DNA of 64,000 nt, from assembly GCA_949082785.1 (NCBI GenBank), contig CARVLU010000002.1:4993-68992 (forward strand), read 5' to 3'. Positions within the stretch are counted from its first letter, which is position 1. Each line of letters begins with the position of its first letter. The position numbers were made by a program, and so were the translations under genes. The notes beneath the pieces were generated by a model. That model ran no database searches. It was not told the DNA's origin and saw only the letters and a list, made by a program, of their open reading frames with translations. This stretch comes from an uncultured Alphaproteobacteria bacterium. Its GTDB lineage: Bacteria > Pseudomonadota > Alphaproteobacteria > Rs-D84. Positions 10,986 through 22,627 of this stretch are shown in pieces.

Positions 10986-11720
10986 TTATTCCGCAACAGC
11001 TGCTGTTTCGGTTTCTGTTACTTGTTCTGTGCCAGCATCCGCATTCTGGGCCGCAGCCATGGTCGGAATCGGCAAATCTTTCTGTTCTTTTTTAACCGCG
11101 TCGGTAATCAGAACGAATGTGCCGTTTGCACCCGGAACCGCACCTTCGACGAAAATCAGATTTTCCGTCGCGTCGGTACCGAAAACTTTCAAGTTCTGGA
11201 CAGAAACGGTTTCGTTCCCCATCTGACCGGCCATCTTTTTACCTTTCAGAACGCGGCCCGGCCATTCACGCATACCGGTACCACCGATGGAACGATGAGC
11301 TTTTAAAACACCGTGGGTTGCTTCCTTACCGCCAAAGTTGTGGCGTTTCATTGCACCCTGAAAACCTTTACCTTTGCTTGTCGCCTGGACATCAACAAAT
11401 TGACCCGCGACAAAATGGCCAGAAGACAATTGTGTCCCAACCGGGATGATGCAGTCTTCGGAAACGCGGAATTCGACAACCTTGCGGTATGGCTTTACGC
11501 CCGCCTTTTGTGCCGCGACCATCTGAGGCTTTGCAACGTGTTTCGCCTTGGCTTCACGCATGCCCAATACATTTGCAATATAACCGTGCTTTTCGACACT
11601 ACGATTCCCGATGACAGCGCAGTCACCAACCGACAGAACCGTTACGCCGTGCGCAACCCCGTTGTCGTCATACAGACGTGTCATACCAATTTTTGTTGTA
11701 ATTAATCCGCTACGTTTCAT
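10986..11720 (-). CDS. rplC: 50S ribosomal protein L3
   Basis: 244 aa MKRSGLITTKIGMTR... Confidence 0.95.
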   Translation of the reverse strand: MKRSGLITTKIGMTRLYDDNGVAHGVTVLSVGDCAVIGNRSVEKHGYIANVLGMREAKAKHVAKPQMVAAQKAGVKPYRKVVEFRVSEDCIIPVGTQLSSGHFVAGQFVDVQATSKGKGFQGAMKRHNFGGKEATHGVLKAHRSIGGTGMREWPGRVLKGKKMAGQMGNETVSVQNLKVFGTDATENLIFVEGAVPGANGTFVLITDAVKKEQKDLPIPTMAAAQNADAGTEQVTETETAAVAE

Positions 11721-11795
11721 TTTCTTAATGCCTTTGTCGTTTTAATTGGCCCCCGTAAATCTGGCCCCACAGGGCCAGGTGTACGGGAAATCAAC

Positions 11796-12107
11796 TTACA
11801 ATTTAATCTTCACATCAACCCCTGACGCCAAGTCCAACTTCATCAAGGCATCAACTGTCTGAGGGGTTGGATTAACAATATCGACAACCGCTTTGTGATT
11901 GCGGATTTCGAACTGTTCGCGAGATTTTTTATCCACGTGAGGCGAACGGTTAACTGTAAATTTCTGAATCAATGTCGGCAAGCGAACGGGTCCAACGACA
12001 TCCGCGCCAGTGCGCTTTGCAGTTTTTACGATTTCTTCTACGGATTCCATCAGAACTCTGTGGTCAAAAGCCGTCAGTTTGATGCGAATCTTAGATGCAG
12101 GTACCAT
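11796..12107 (-). CDS. rpsJ: 30S ribosomal protein S10
   Basis: 103 aa ...[14 protein letters not shown]... Confidence 0.95.
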   Translation of the reverse strand: MVPASKIRIKLTAFDHRVLMESVEEIVKTAKRTGADVVGPVRLPTLIQKFTVNRSPHVDKKSREQFEIRNHKAVVDIVNPTPQTVDALMKLDLASGVDVKIKL

Positions 12108-12184
12108 TGTTCGTTTTCCTTATATTTGTTTGGGCCGGTAATCACTGACGCTTTTAATTCAGTTACACCGACCCACAACGTTAC

Positions 12185-13372
12185 TTATTTAATGATTTTA
12201 GATACAACACCAGCGCCAACTGTGCGACCGCCTTCGCGGATAGCAAAGCGACGACCTTCGTCCATAGCAATCGGTGCAATCAACTGCACTGTGATGCGGA
12301 CGTTGTCACCCGGCAGAACCATTTCTTTGTCAGCCGGCAGTGTGATGGTGCCAGTTACGTCAGTCGTGCTGAAATAGAATTGCGGACGATAGTTCGAGAA
12401 GAACGCTGTGTGACGGCCGCCTTCTTCTTTCGTCAGAATATAAACTTCAGCTTCGAATTCTGTGTGCGGTGTGATGGAACCCGGTTTGCAGATAATCTGA
12501 CCACGTTCAACATCTTCTTTCTTGGTACCGCGCAACAACAGACCAACGTTGTCCCCGGCTTCACCCTGATCCAGCAATTTGCGGAACATTTCAACACCGG
12601 TAACAGTTGTTTTCTGGGTCGGACGCAAACCAACGATTTCGCATTCGTCACCAACTTTGATAACACCGGATTCGATACGGCCGGTAACCACTGTACCACG
12701 ACCTGTGATCGAGAATACATCTTCGATCGGCATCAAGAACGGTTTGTCAACCGGGCGTTCCGGCATCGGGATGTATTCATCGCAAGCCTTTAACAGGGCG
12801 TCAATGGATTCTTTGCCCAGACCGTCGTTCTTGTCTTCCAAAGCGGAGATAGCAGAACCACGGATAATCGGTGTGTTATCTCCGTCAAAGTCGTTCGCAG
12901 ACAGCAATTCACGGATTTCCATTTCAACCAATTCCAACAATTCAGCGTCGTTGGCCAAGTCGCACTTGTTCAAGTAAACAACAATCTGCGGAATACCAAC
13001 CTGGCGCGCCAACAAGATGTGTTCGCGTGTCTGGGGCATCGGACCGTCAGTCGCGGCAACGACCAAGATCGCACCGTCCATCTGCGCGGCACCGGTAATC
13101 ATGTTTTTAACATAGTCCGCGTGGCCCGGGCAGTCAACGTGCGCATAGTGGCGGTCGGCTGTTTCATATTCAACGTGTGCTGTGTTGATGGTAATACCAC
13201 GCTGTTTTTCTTCCGGCGCGTTGTCGATTTCACCAACACCCTTGGCTTTATCGGCACCAACGCCATAGTTGTGAACAATAGCAGCAGTCAATGTTGTCTT
13301 ACCATGGTCAACGTGACCGATGGTGCCAATATTAACGTGCGGCTTCGTTCTTACGTACTTTTCTTTTGCCAT
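12185..13372 (-). CDS. tuf: Elongation factor Tu
   Basis: [32 protein letters not shown] start at complement 13370-13372; track ORF over-extended by 31 codons. Confidence 0.95.
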   Translation of the reverse strand: MAKEKYVRTKPHVNIGTIGHVDHGKTTLTAAIVHNYGVGADKAKGVGEIDNAPEEKQRGITINTAHVEYETADRHYAHVDCPGHADYVKNMITGAAQMDGAILVVAATDGPMPQTREHILLARQVGIPQIVVYLNKCDLANDAELLELVEMEIRELLSANDFDGDNTPIIRGSAISALEDKNDGLGKESIDALLKACDEYIPMPERPVDKPFLMPIEDVFSITGRGTVVTGRIESGVIKVGDECEIVGLRPTQKTTVTGVEMFRKLLDQGEAGDNVGLLLRGTKKEDVERGQIICKPGSITPHTEFEAEVYILTKEEGGRHTAFFSNYRPQFYFSTTDVTGTITLPADKEMVLPGDNVRITVQLIAPIAMDEGRRFAIREGGRTVGAGVVSKIIK

Positions 13373-13478
13373 AGTTTTCTCCTTAGGCTTTTGTTTTGTT
13401 AATTTATTTCTGACTGATGCTTCCAGATTAATCGGTTCTAAGATAAACCAAAAATCTGAAAACACAAGTCATAAATTC

Positions 13479-15560
13479 TTATTTCGTCAATTTTTTGATG
13501 ACTTCGTCTGCAACGTTCTGCGGCACTTCGTCATAGTGCGACAATTCCATGTACGGATTTGCGCGACCCTGGGACAGCGAACGCAGTGTTTTGACATATC
13601 CGAACAAATTCGCCAGCGGCACGAACGCAGAAATAACCTGATTCCCAAACTGTGTTTCAATACCGTTGATTTGTCCGCGGCGACTGTTCAGGTCCCCGAT
13701 GATGTCCCCGACGTATTCTTCCGGTGTGTTAACCGAAAGCTTCATAATCGGTTCCAGCAATTTCGGCGATGCTTTTTTCATGGCTTCGCGGAAGCAAGCA
13801 CGCGCCGCAATTTCAAAGCACAAAACGTTAGAGTCAACTTCGTGATATTTACCATCTACCAACGTTGCCTTGAAATCCACCGTCGGATAGCCAATCAAGA
13901 CACCTGTCTGTTGGGCTATCTTCAAACCCTTTTCAACACCGGGGATGTATTCTTTCGGAATCGCACCACCGACAATTTTGTTTTCAAATTCATAACCCTG
14001 GCCCGGTTCCATCGGTTCAAATTCAATTTTAACCTGGGCGTACTGACCCGAACCACCAGACTGTTTTTTGTGTGTGTATTCTTCGGTAATCGGTTTGCGG
14101 AATGTTTCGCGATACGCAATGCGCGGTTCACCCACAGCCACGTCAACCTTGAATTCACGCAGCAAACGATCGACCAAGATTTCCAGGTGCAATTCACCAA
14201 CACCCGCCAAAATGGTCTGGCCGGATTCTTCGTCAACAGACACGCGGAACGACGGGTCTTCTTTGGCCAACGCCTGCAAGCCCAGGGACATTTTTTCAAT
14301 ATCCGCCTTGGTCTTGGGTTCAACAGCGATGCTGATAACCGGTTCCGGAACGTGGATGTTTTCCAACAAAATCGGTTTTGCTTCGTCGCACAGCGTGTCA
14401 CCGGTGATGGTTTCTTTCATACCAACCAGTGTGACGATGTCGCCGGCGGACGCTTCTTTGATTTCTTCGCGGTTGTTAGAGTGCATCAACAACATACGAC
14501 CCACGCGTTCACGTTTGTCACGATTCGCGTTATAGATATAGGAACCCGATGTCAATTTACCGGAATAAATACGGATAAACATCAAGTTACCAACGAACGG
14601 GTCATTTGCGACCTTAAACGCCAGGGCGCTGAACGGTTCTTTGACATCGGCGTGACGTTCGTCCGCGGTTTCGCCGTCCATTTTTGTCCCCTTGATCGCC
14701 GGGATATCCAGCGGCGACGGCAAGTAGTCAACAATCGCGTCCAACAACGGCTGTACGCCCTTGTTCTTGAACGAAGAACCGCACAATACCGGGTTAAAGT
14801 TCTGGGCGATTGTCCCCTTGCGGATTAATTTTTTAATTGTTTCGACATCCGGGACCTTGCCTTCCATATAGGCTTCCATGATTTCGTCGTCCAGGGTCAC
14901 AACTTCTTCAATCAAGTGATTGTGCAGTTCTTCGGCCTTGGCTTTCAAATCTTCGGGAATTTCAACGATTTGCGGTTCCTTGCCCATGTCATCTTCCCAG
15001 ACGATGGCGCGCATTTGAACGACGTCAACAACGCCGCGGAAATCACTTTCCGCACCAATCGGGAAATTCACGACCAAGGGATTTGCCCCCAGACGTTCAC
15101 GAATCATATCGACGCAACGGAAGAAGTTCCCGCCGATACGGTCCATTTTGTTAATAAAGCAGATACGCGGAACGCTGTAACGGTCGGCCTGGCGCCAAAC
15201 AGTTTCTGTCTGGGGCTGTACACCGGACACGGATTCAAAAACCGCAACCGCACCGTCCAACACGCGCAAGCTGCGTTCTACTTCCATGGTAAAGTCCACG
15301 TGTCCCGGGGTGTCAATCAGATTAATGCGATGGTCGCGCCAGAAACAGGTTGTCGCCGCGGATGTAATTGTAATACCGCGTTCCTGTTCCTGTTCCATCC
15401 AGTCCATTGTGGCACCGCCATCATGCACTTCGCCGATTTTATAGGTTTTACCGGTATAAAACAAAATGCGTTCTGATGTGGTTGTTTTACCTGCGTCAAT
15501 ATGGGCCATAATGCCGATATTGCGGTACATATGCAAAGGTGCGGTTTTTCCAACAGACAT
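13479..15560 (-). CDS. fusA: Elongation factor G
   Basis: 693 aa ...[15 protein letters not shown]... Confidence 0.95.
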   Translation of the reverse strand: MSVGKTAPLHMYRNIGIMAHIDAGKTTTSERILFYTGKTYKIGEVHDGGATMDWMEQEQERGITITSAATTCFWRDHRINLIDTPGHVDFTMEVERSLRVLDGAVAVFESVSGVQPQTETVWRQADRYSVPRICFINKMDRIGGNFFRCVDMIRERLGANPLVVNFPIGAESDFRGVVDVVQMRAIVWEDDMGKEPQIVEIPEDLKAKAEELHNHLIEEVVTLDDEIMEAYMEGKVPDVETIKKLIRKGTIAQNFNPVLCGSSFKNKGVQPLLDAIVDYLPSPLDIPAIKGTKMDGETADERHADVKEPFSALAFKVANDPFVGNLMFIRIYSGKLTSGSYIYNANRDKRERVGRMLLMHSNNREEIKEASAGDIVTLVGMKETITGDTLCDEAKPILLENIHVPEPVISIAVEPKTKADIEKMSLGLQALAKEDPSFRVSVDEESGQTILAGVGELHLEILVDRLLREFKVDVAVGEPRIAYRETFRKPITEEYTHKKQSGGSGQYAQVKIEFEPMEPGQGYEFENKIVGGAIPKEYIPGVEKGLKIAQQTGVLIGYPTVDFKATLVDGKYHEVDSNVLCFEIAARACFREAMKKASPKLLEPIMKLSVNTPEEYVGDIIGDLNSRRGQINGIETQFGNQVISAFVPLANLFGYVKTLRSLSQGRANPYMELSHYDEVPQNVADEVIKKLTK

Positions 15561-15602
15561 GTGCGTTCCTTATCTTAAAATTTTATTTTTATATTTCATA
15601 GA

Positions 15603-16076
15603 TTACCAGCGGAAGTGGGCAAACGCCTTGTTCGCTTCGGCCATCTTGTGGGTGTCAATCTTTTTCTTGAATGCGCCACCCTGCCCGTTCAAAGCATCAC
15701 GCAATTCGCCGAACAGTCTGTCCGCCATGGCGCGTTCACCACGTTTGCGCGCGAACATAACCAACCAACGCAAGGCCAATGTCTGCTGACGTTCTTTGCG
15801 AACTTCGACCGGAACCTGATATGTGGCCCCACCAACACGACGTCCCTTAACTTCTACGGACGGTTTCAAGGCATCGACCGCTTCCAGAAATGCAGTCAAT
15901 TCATCACCATCTTTGGCGATTTTCTTCAATTTGTCCATCGCATCGTAAACGATATTTTCTGCGACTTCCTTTTTACCGTCCCACATAACAATATTAATAC
16001 ATTTCGCAACAACCAGGTTGCCATATTTGGAATCGGCTAAGATTTCACGTTTTGCTGCACTTTTACGTCTTGACAT
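15603..16076 (-). CDS. rpsG: 30S ribosomal protein S7
   Basis: 157 aa [12 protein letters not shown]... Confidence 0.95.
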   Translation of the reverse strand: MSRRKSAAKREILADSKYGNLVVAKCINIVMWDGKKEVAENIVYDAMDKLKKIAKDGDELTAFLEAVDALKPSVEVKGRRVGGATYQVPVEVRKERQQTLALRWLVMFARKRGERAMADRLFGELRDALNGQGGAFKKKIDTHKMAEANKAFAHFRW

Positions 16077-16155
16077 TTTTAATTTTCCTTAATTTTTCTT
16101 CACCTGACAAACAGATTACTCACACAAGTTGCCCTGTGTGGATTGGTTATATAAC

Positions 16156-16527
16156 TTATTTCTTGACCTTGGCCCCGTACAAAGAACGTCCCTGCTTACG
16201 GCTGTCAACGCCCTTGGTATCCAAGACACCACGAATGATGTGATATTTAACCCCCGGCAAGTCCTTTACACGGCCGCCACGAATCATAACGACACTGTGT
16301 TCCTGCAAATTGTGACCTTCGCCCGGGATATAGGCGGTAACTTCGCGGCCGTTCGCCAGTTTAACACGGGCCACCTTACGCTGCGCCGAGTTCGGCTTTT
16401 TCGGGGTGGTTGTGTACACACGTGTGCAAACGCCACGTTTCTGTGGGCTTTCCATCATATCGGGGGCTGTGGATTTCACAACGACCTTTTTACGTGGTTT
16501 CCGAATCAGTTGGTTTACTGTTGGCAT
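16156..16527 (-). CDS. rpsL: 30S ribosomal protein S12
   Basis: 123 aa [14 protein letters not shown]... Confidence 0.95.
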   Translation of the reverse strand: MPTVNQLIRKPRKKVVVKSTAPDMMESPQKRGVCTRVYTTTPKKPNSAQRKVARVKLANGREVTAYIPGEGHNLQEHSVVMIRGGRVKDLPGVKYHIIRGVLDTKGVDSRKQGRSLYGAKVKK

Positions 16528-16671
16528 TCAAAAATCTCTTTGTTTGTACATACCTTTTAATCTACGCAAAACCGGCAATCAGACTTATTTCAACGGGATT
16601 CCCGCGATTATAAATCTGTCAGAATGCGCAGATTTCTGTGTTTTTTCTTTCCTTGTTTACACGGAAAGCGA

Positions 16672-16706
16672 ACATACTATAACCATCCCCCCCACAGATG
16701 TCAAGA
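16672..16706 (-). promoter_or_regulatory. Putative sigma70 promoter of the rpsL operon (TTGACA-17-TATAGT on minus strand)
   Basis: rc reads cTTGACAtctgtgggggggatggtTATAGTatg, about 150 bp upstream of rpsL. Confidence 0.45.
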
Positions 16707-16804
16707 AAAATCTAGGAAAAAGAATACGGAAACCGGGCCAAAAAGCCCGTAAATGCGCGGATTTTATTCCACCAAACCACATGACAAATCAAACATTAGT
16801 ACAA

Positions 16805-16839
16805 CAAAAAAATCCCGCCGATGGGCGGGACTTTTTTTG
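16805..16839. terminator. Bidirectional intrinsic terminator (A-run / GC hairpin / T-run)
   Basis: aaaaaaatcccgccgatgggcgggactttttttg. Confidence 0.6.
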
Positions 16840-16865
16840 CTACAAAGTTTAAATATTGATTTGGA

Positions 16866-17633
16866 TTAAAAATCAACACCGAATTTGAAGCCAAAGCCAA
16901 AGCCGTCTTCAAATTCCCAATCGCCGGTATAGTGTGCCATTTCACCCGAAATGTACGCACCGACGAATTTCGTTGCATCAATGTTGTAATTGACGCCAAA
17001 CTGACCGTTCCAGCGACCCGCGTTGTCAAAGGCGTCATCCAAGAAGCCTGTGTATTCAACACCGGCAACCAAATTCCATGCCGGGCACAGAACGTATTGG
17101 CCATCGATGCCCACGCGCAGTTTGTGGATGCCATCGTCGCCCCAGTTAAAGGATTCGCTGTTGACATAATCGAACGCAACATGACCCGCCAATGTCCAAT
17201 CGCCGGCCACATAACCGCCGCGAACACCCGCTGTCCACTGGTATGATGTGTAATCTTTGTCCAGGAACGGTGTGTGGTTACCCCATACCGGGTCCAACGC
17301 ATAGGTGCCAAAGATATCAGCTTTCCAGTTGCCCATATCCAGCGCGCGATAGTTTACGCCAACTGTGAAATCACGCCATGCGGATGCGTCAAACCAATCT
17401 TTTTCCATCGCCGATGTCGCCAGGTTCACCATCAATTTGTCCGTGATACCATAGCCGAATTCTTCGCGCAGCGTCCATGTATCGGTCGCTTCGGAATGAG
17501 AACCCAATGTTGTCACGCTGTAAAAGCGGTCCTGGCCCGGGCGATACAACGGATTATTATCAATAACGTTCGCCGCATGTGCCCCAGACACCGCAAAAAC
17601 AGCCAACATTGAAGTCAAAGCTAATTTTTTCAT
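16866..17633 (-). CDS. Outer-membrane beta-barrel protein (porin/surface-antigen-like), signal peptide, C-terminal Phe
   Basis: MKKLALTSMLAVFAVSGAHA signal; aromatic-rich alternating pattern; ends ...GFKFGVDF. Confidence 0.6.
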   Translation of the reverse strand: MKKLALTSMLAVFAVSGAHAANVIDNNPLYRPGQDRFYSVTTLGSHSEATDTWTLREEFGYGITDKLMVNLATSAMEKDWFDASAWRDFTVGVNYRALDMGNWKADIFGTYALDPVWGNHTPFLDKDYTSYQWTAGVRGGYVAGDWTLAGHVAFDYVNSESFNWGDDGIHKLRVGIDGQYVLCPAWNLVAGVEYTGFLDDAFDNAGRWNGQFGVNYNIDATKFVGAYISGEMAHYTGDWEFEDGFGFGFKFGVDF

Positions 17634-17876
17634 AACCTATTCCTTTCTTTTTCGATTTGTAGTGATGCTAAGTTTGCCTTAGCTACACGAATATTTTGGC
17701 ACTGAATACTATCCTATTCAAGGACAAAGATTTTTGCAAAAATGCCAATTCTATGTTAAAATAACGCGCGTTCGCGATTCGGAATTATTCCTATACACAC
17801 CATAAAACGCCCGGAAATCCGGGCGTTTTTGTTTATTCAATGCTAAAATTATTAAAAATAAAAATCATTAATTTTT

Positions 17877-18911
17877 TTAATCATTTACAGGTTTCGATTT
17901 CGAATTGCGAAATTTTTTTATCGCGCGCCAGTCGGCATGATTTTTTTGATGTTCTTCGTATGTGCCGGCAAACTTGTGTCCGCCCCGACCATCTGCCACA
18001 AAAAACAGATAATTGGTATCCGCCGGGTCCAAAACTGCCGCAATGGCGTTTCGTCCGACATTGGCAATGGGCGACGGCGGCAATCCATAATTTGTATATG
18101 TGTTAAATGGGCTGGGGGTCTTTAAATGGTCCCGCAACAGTGCTCTTCCCTGCATATCGCCCAGACCGCCCGTGATGGCATAAACCACGGTCGGGTCGGC
18201 CTGTAAACGCATCTTTTTATTCAATCGGTTTAAATAAACACTGGCGACGATGGGCATTTCCGATGGTTTGGGCGTTTCTTTCTGGACAATAGATGCCAAG
18301 GTCAGAATTTCGTTCCATGTTTTCAGTGGTTTCGGCGCATGCCCGCCGGTCGCGTTCCAGCTGTCGTGAATGGATGCCATTTTGCGACGCATTAATTCCA
18401 GAACCGCCAACCGGCTGGTGCCGCGCGCCACGCGATATGTGTCCGGGAACACATCCCCATCATGCAGATGACATACCGGCCGGTCGGCCACATCGCATTC
18501 AACCGGCCCCGCCAGCGCCGCCGTATCCAACAACAGGTTTTTGATTTGGCGGATGGTTAAACCTTCGGGGATAACAACCAATGTCGATGCCACGTCGCCG
18601 CGTGCCATCATGCGCGCGATGCGAAACGTACTGGCGCGGGCGGGAATATCATATGTACCGGATTGAATCTTGCCGCCCTGGACCATGACGGCGGCCTTGA
18701 ACACATCGGACGATGATATCAGCCCCGCCGCGCGTAACCGCGCCGCGACCGCCGACACGGCCGCCCCACTGTCGATGCGAAATGTTGCCGCGTCAACGAC
18801 GGGTGACCGCCACCCGACGACATACACCCCCATCCCCAGCGCAATCGCAATCACAGCAATAATTAAATGAATCGGACCAATGCGGCCAAACAATTTTTTC
18901 TTTCGTTTCAT
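17877..18911 (-). CDS. mltG: Endolytic murein transglycosylase MltG (YceG family)
   Basis: 344 aa, N-terminal TM anchor, YceG-like length and motifs. Confidence 0.8.
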   Translation of the reverse strand: MKRKKKLFGRIGPIHLIIAVIAIALGMGVYVVGWRSPVVDAATFRIDSGAAVSAVAARLRAAGLISSSDVFKAAVMVQGGKIQSGTYDIPARASTFRIARMMARGDVASTLVVIPEGLTIRQIKNLLLDTAALAGPVECDVADRPVCHLHDGDVFPDTYRVARGTSRLAVLELMRRKMASIHDSWNATGGHAPKPLKTWNEILTLASIVQKETPKPSEMPIVASVYLNRLNKKMRLQADPTVVYAITGGLGDMQGRALLRDHLKTPSPFNTYTNYGLPPSPIANVGRNAIAAVLDPADTNYLFFVADGRGGHKFAGTYEEHQKNHADWRAIKKFRNSKSKPVND

Positions 18912-18963
18912 TGTGCCGGCATTATGCCAGATATAAAATTTATTGCAACCGCTTCGACGGGGA

Positions 18964-19283
18964 TTACATAAATCCGCTGTACTGGCGTTGCCATAATTTG
19001 TAATCCAGGCCGCGGCGCCGCATCAGCGTATTGTGCGTTCCCATTTCAACAATCCGCCCCGCATCCATGACAATAATCCGGTCCATCTGTTGCAATGTGG
19101 ACAATCTGTGCGCAATCGCGATTGTCGTGCGGTCGCGCATCAAACCATTGATGGATGTTTGGATGTTGGCCTCGGTTTCGCTGTTCAGTGCAGATGTCGC
19201 TTCGTCCAGTAACAAGATGGGCGCATTTTTCAAAATCGCGTGGGCAAGCGTGAGGCTTGTTTGCGCCGACGTATAGTCGTACC
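18964..19283 (-). pseudogene. C-terminal fragment of an ABC exporter ATPase (MsbA-like) without N-terminal part
   Basis: ...AHAILKNAPILLLDEATSALN..HRLSTL; upstream in-frame TAA and degenerate signature region; starts right after tRNA-Pro terminator. Confidence 0.55.
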
Positions 19284-19320
19284 TTTACGCTTCTCATCCT
19301 GCACCAGAATTGTAAAATAA

Positions 19321-19350
19321 AAAACGCCCCATTTGGGGGCGTTTTCTTAT
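19321..19350. terminator. Bidirectional intrinsic terminator downstream of tRNA-Pro
   Basis: aaaacgccccatttgggggcgttttcttat. Confidence 0.6.
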
Positions 19351-19352
19351 TT

Positions 19353-19429
19353 TGGTCGGAGTGACAGGATTCGAACCTACGACCTCTGCGACCCGAACGC
19401 AGCGCTCTACCAGACTGAGCTACACTCCG
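19353..19429 (-). tRNA. tRNA-Pro (anticodon CGG)
   Basis: rc gives CGGAGTG-TA-GCTC..GAGC-G-CTGCG-TTCGGGT-CGCAG-..-TTCGAAT-..-CACTCCG-A-CCA; cloverleaf with 7-bp acceptor stem and encoded CCA. Confidence 0.85.
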
Positions 19430-19567
19430 AAAACTGACCTTGCGACGCGCATTATGCACCCTTTTTAGGAAAAAAGCAACCGTTTTTATTTCTTATTTTA
19501 ACTTGTAATTTTGCCCCCCAAAAACCATATTATTATCAGCAAGACAAACCAAGGAAAGGATTCATTT

Positions 19568-21268
19568 ATGTTTGCACTGCGTTTTTTAAAGAAAAATAAA
19601 TTCGACAATTATGCCGACTATATCGAAAATGGGCAGCCAATTGTCCCCGAAAACTTTAATTTCGCGTACGACGTCATTGATGTTATCGCCCGCGAAACAC
19701 CCGATAAACCCGCCATTTTGTGGACCAACGACAACGGGGAAAGAAAAACTTTTTCATTCCGCGATTTATCCGAACTGTCCAATGCGGCGGCAAACTTTCT
19801 GTTGTCACGCGGCATCAAACGCGGGGACGCGGTATTGCTGTTCCTGCGCCGGCGGTGGGAATACTGGGTATTGATGATGGCGATGCACAAATTGGGCGTG
19901 ATTCCCATCCCGTCAACGAATCAGTTAAAGGCGCACGATATCGAATACCGAATCAAAACGGCCGATGTGAAAAACATCATCGCGTTTGATGACGGTTATA
20001 TTATGGATGAAATTAAAAAATCCATCGGCGACCAGAATATCCAACTGATATCCAATGTGGATGTGGCGAACGCGCTGGACCATATGCCGCGCACACTGGA
20101 CCGCGTTGCGACAAACAATCACGACACGATGGTTCTGTATTTCACCAGTGGCACCACAGACATGCCGAAAATGGTTGCGCATAATTTCACATATCCATTG
20201 GGACATATTAACACGGCGGTGTTTTGGCAACGGCTGACCGATGGGGATTTACACTTTACCCTGTCGGAATCGGGTTGGGCAAAATGTTCGTGGGGCAAAA
20301 TGTACGGCCAATGGCTGGCGGGGGCGACCGTCTTTATCTATGATTTCGGCGGTAAATTCCCGGCGTTTGATTTGTTGCGCGTGTTGTCTGAAAACCGCGT
20401 GACATCGTTCTGTGCGCCGCCGACGGTGTACAAAATGCTGATTCGCGAAGATACCAGCAAATATGATTTGTCCGCGATAAAAAAAGCCGACATTGCCGGC
20501 GAAGCCCTGAATCCAGAAGTCTATGAACGGTTTCTGAAATTAACCGGCGTCAAATTACACGAAGGATTTGGTCAAACAGAAACCTGTGTCATGTTGTTCA
20601 CGAATCAATGGATTGAACCCAAACCCGGCAGTATGGGTATGCCGGCGGCCGGATGGGATGTGCAATTGCTGGACGAACGCGGGCGTCCCGTTACCGACGG
20701 CGAAGTCGGGGAAATCTGCGTCAATCTGGCCAGCGGCAAACCGGTCGGATTGTTTGAAAAATATCACAAGAATGACAAGCAAACCGCGTTTTCATATCGT
20801 GACGGATATTATCACACGGGCGACGTTGCATACCGCGATGCGGACGGTTATTTCTGGTTTGTCGGCCGCAACGACGATTTGATTAAAAGTTCCGGTTACC
20901 GCATCAGCCCGTTCGAAGTGGAAAGCGTTTTGTTGGAACACCCGGCCGTCCGCGAAGTCGCCGTTACTGGCACCCCCGACGCCGTTCGCGGCATGGCGGT
21001 CAAGGCGACCATCGTGCTGAACAAATATTTTCACGGCACGGACGCGTTGGTGCGCCAATTACAAGAACATGTAAAACAACGCACCGCGCCATACAAGTAT
21101 CCGCGTGTGATTGAATTCGTGGACACACTGCCCATGACCATCAGCGGTAAAATCAAGCGCGCGCTGATACGTCGCCTGGACAGTGCCAAAAGCACCATCG
21201 AAGGGGCCAAGACCACCGTCATCGACACCACGAAAAATGTCATAAGCAAGGCCAAGGGCGCCAAATAA
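19568..21268 (+). CDS. AMP-dependent acyl-CoA synthetase/ligase
   Basis: AMP-binding motifs YFTSGTTDMPK, GYGQTE-like, SGKIKR; RBS aaggaaagga before ATG 19568. Confidence 0.8.
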   Translation: MFALRFLKKNKFDNYADYIENGQPIVPENFNFAYDVIDVIARETPDKPAILWTNDNGERKTFSFRDLSELSNAAANFLLSRGIKRGDAVLLFLRRRWEYWVLMMAMHKLGVIPIPSTNQLKAHDIEYRIKTADVKNIIAFDDGYIMDEIKKSIGDQNIQLISNVDVANALDHMPRTLDRVATNNHDTMVLYFTSGTTDMPKMVAHNFTYPLGHINTAVFWQRLTDGDLHFTLSESGWAKCSWGKMYGQWLAGATVFIYDFGGKFPAFDLLRVLSENRVTSFCAPPTVYKMLIREDTSKYDLSAIKKADIAGEALNPEVYERFLKLTGVKLHEGFGQTETCVMLFTNQWIEPKPGSMGMPAAGWDVQLLDERGRPVTDGEVGEICVNLASGKPVGLFEKYHKNDKQTAFSYRDGYYHTGDVAYRDADGYFWFVGRNDDLIKSSGYRISPFEVESVLLEHPAVREVAVTGTPDAVRGMAVKATIVLNKYFHGTDALVRQLQEHVKQRTAPYKYPRVIEFVDTLPMTISGKIKRALIRRLDSAKSTIEGAKTTVIDTTKNVISKAKGAK

Positions 21269-21269
21269 A

Positions 21270-21298
21270 AACCGGGGTTTATACCCCGGTTTTTATTT
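21270..21298 (+). terminator. Intrinsic terminator
   Basis: accggggtttataccccggtttttatttg. Confidence 0.55.
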
Positions 21299-21799
21299 GT
21301 AATAACATGGTGATGTATAGTCATACTCACCGCTGTCATCATCACCATGCGTGGCATAACAACCGGTTACCACCTTTGTGCCAGCGGCGCTGGTTGAATA
21401 ATCCCCATGCCCAAGCGTTAATATGCGCTTCCCGGGGCACGCTGTACAGTTTTTACCCCGGCCATAATACCCCGCCACGCATCTGTATTCGCACGCCGTT
21501 CCATTACAGCGCGTTTGATAAAAAACTATCTTGATTGAACCCTGGGGGGCGCCCCAATCCGTCATCCCCTTGCACTCGTCTGCACATTCCAATGTAATCG
21601 GCGGGTCAACTGTCCCCAAACACAAATCATTACAACCAGCGGGACATTTGCGGCACGATTCCGCAGTGACCGTTTCATATATACCGGTTGATGGATTTAA
21701 TTGTTCGCAACAGCGGACCTTCAACGTTGCCGCATCACATGTCCCCCACCCCAGACAACACACCGCCCCAACCGCGTATCCGACATATTTCTTTGCCAT
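21293..21799 (-). CDS. Secreted cysteine-rich protein, C-x2-C-P-x-G module family (member C1)
   Basis: MAKKYVGYAVGAVCCLG signal-like N-term; CRKCPAG, CTACPGK; C-terminal ...YDYTSPCYYK shared with C3/C5. Confidence 0.6.
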   Translation of the reverse strand: MAKKYVGYAVGAVCCLGWGTCDAATLKVRCCEQLNPSTGIYETVTAESCRKCPAGCNDLCLGTVDPPITLECADECKGMTDWGAPQGSIKIVFYQTRCNGTACEYRCVAGYYGRGKNCTACPGKRILTLGHGDYSTSAAGTKVVTGCYATHGDDDSGEYDYTSPCYYK

Positions 21800-21983
21800 G
21801 TAAACCACCGTTTGTTTTCGGCGATTTTTGATGTTGACACAGGCCGGAATTCCGGGATAAAATGATATCAAATAACGCAGTAGGAAAACGGTCCTTTGAA
21901 TCAGGCAGCGTTTTTTACTTTATAACCAATTGTTTTAACGAACGAATCAATTAAAAAAAACGGCGGAAAAATCCCGCCGTTTT

Positions 21984-22586
21984 TTATCTGGTGTTCAATT
22001 TGTATTGCCAATATAATCTGGCGCAATATTGTACCAATGCCTGGGTAATTTCACTGCCCCATTTGGGATTTACATCCCGCATCGTGCGTGATATCAAACC
22101 GTCGTCAACAAACGGCAATCCATCATCGGGGGTGGCCACATAACCGTTCGCGTCACGCCATACCAAGCTGGGGCGCGGCGACCACAGGTCACCTGGGCGA
22201 TACGGGCCGTCATGCAGATTTCTGAATTCAACCGCAACCGCCGCCAAAGAATATCCACGATAGGCTTCTTTGCACACATGCCGTTGCAAATATCTTTTCA
22301 TGGGTAAAATGGAATCATTTTTGTATCCATCAAACAAACGTTGAATTTTGTATCCATCAACGTTATCTGTATTCAAAGATTTTTCCTGAAAATCATAATA
22401 CAGCAAACGATTCATATCCCCCGGCTCAATGGCTTTACGTATATTTTCGGGTGTCAAGGGTTCCCGGTCACTGCGCAATGTCATTGGGGAAATCGGAGAA
22501 ATGGCTTGCAATATTTTCGCCGCCGCCGGCCCGGTCTGGACCAACGCATTATATTGTGCTTGTGTCAATAAATATTTTTTCGTCAT
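21984..22586 (-). CDS. Hypothetical protein
   Basis: 200-aa ORF flanked by intrinsic terminators; no recognisable family. Confidence 0.4.
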   Translation of the reverse strand: MTKKYLLTQAQYNALVQTGPAAAKILQAISPISPMTLRSDREPLTPENIRKAIEPGDMNRLLYYDFQEKSLNTDNVDGYKIQRLFDGYKNDSILPMKRYLQRHVCKEAYRGYSLAAVAVEFRNLHDGPYRPGDLWSPRPSLVWRDANGYVATPDDGLPFVDDGLISRTMRDVNPKWGSEITQALVQYCARLYWQYKLNTR

Positions 22587-22627
22587 AAGATATAAAGGGG
22601 GGCAAGCCCCCCCTTCCCTTTTTTCTT

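Noticed and set aside
13320-14828. 502-aa + strand ORF (and other long antisense ORFs such as 3456-4529, 19925-20230, 42257-42961, 29125-30054)
   Set aside because: They lie antisense to well-supported genes (fusA, rplF/rpsH, acs, tolB, GT1). Their translations are low-complexity with no motifs. They are artefacts of codon structure on the opposite strand.
18964-19233. 89-aa ABC ATPase ORF called as an intact small gene
   Set aside because: It is only the C-terminal third of an ABC ATPase. The track start is a TTG inside the reading frame, and an in-frame stop plus a degenerate signature motif lie upstream. It is treated as a pseudogene fragment.
21834-21863. TTGACA-16/18-TAAAAT-like promoter on + strand upstream (antisense) of Cys-rich gene C1
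   Set aside because: The -10 is weak, spacing is ambiguous, and nothing lies downstream except a convergent gene. It is noted but not called.
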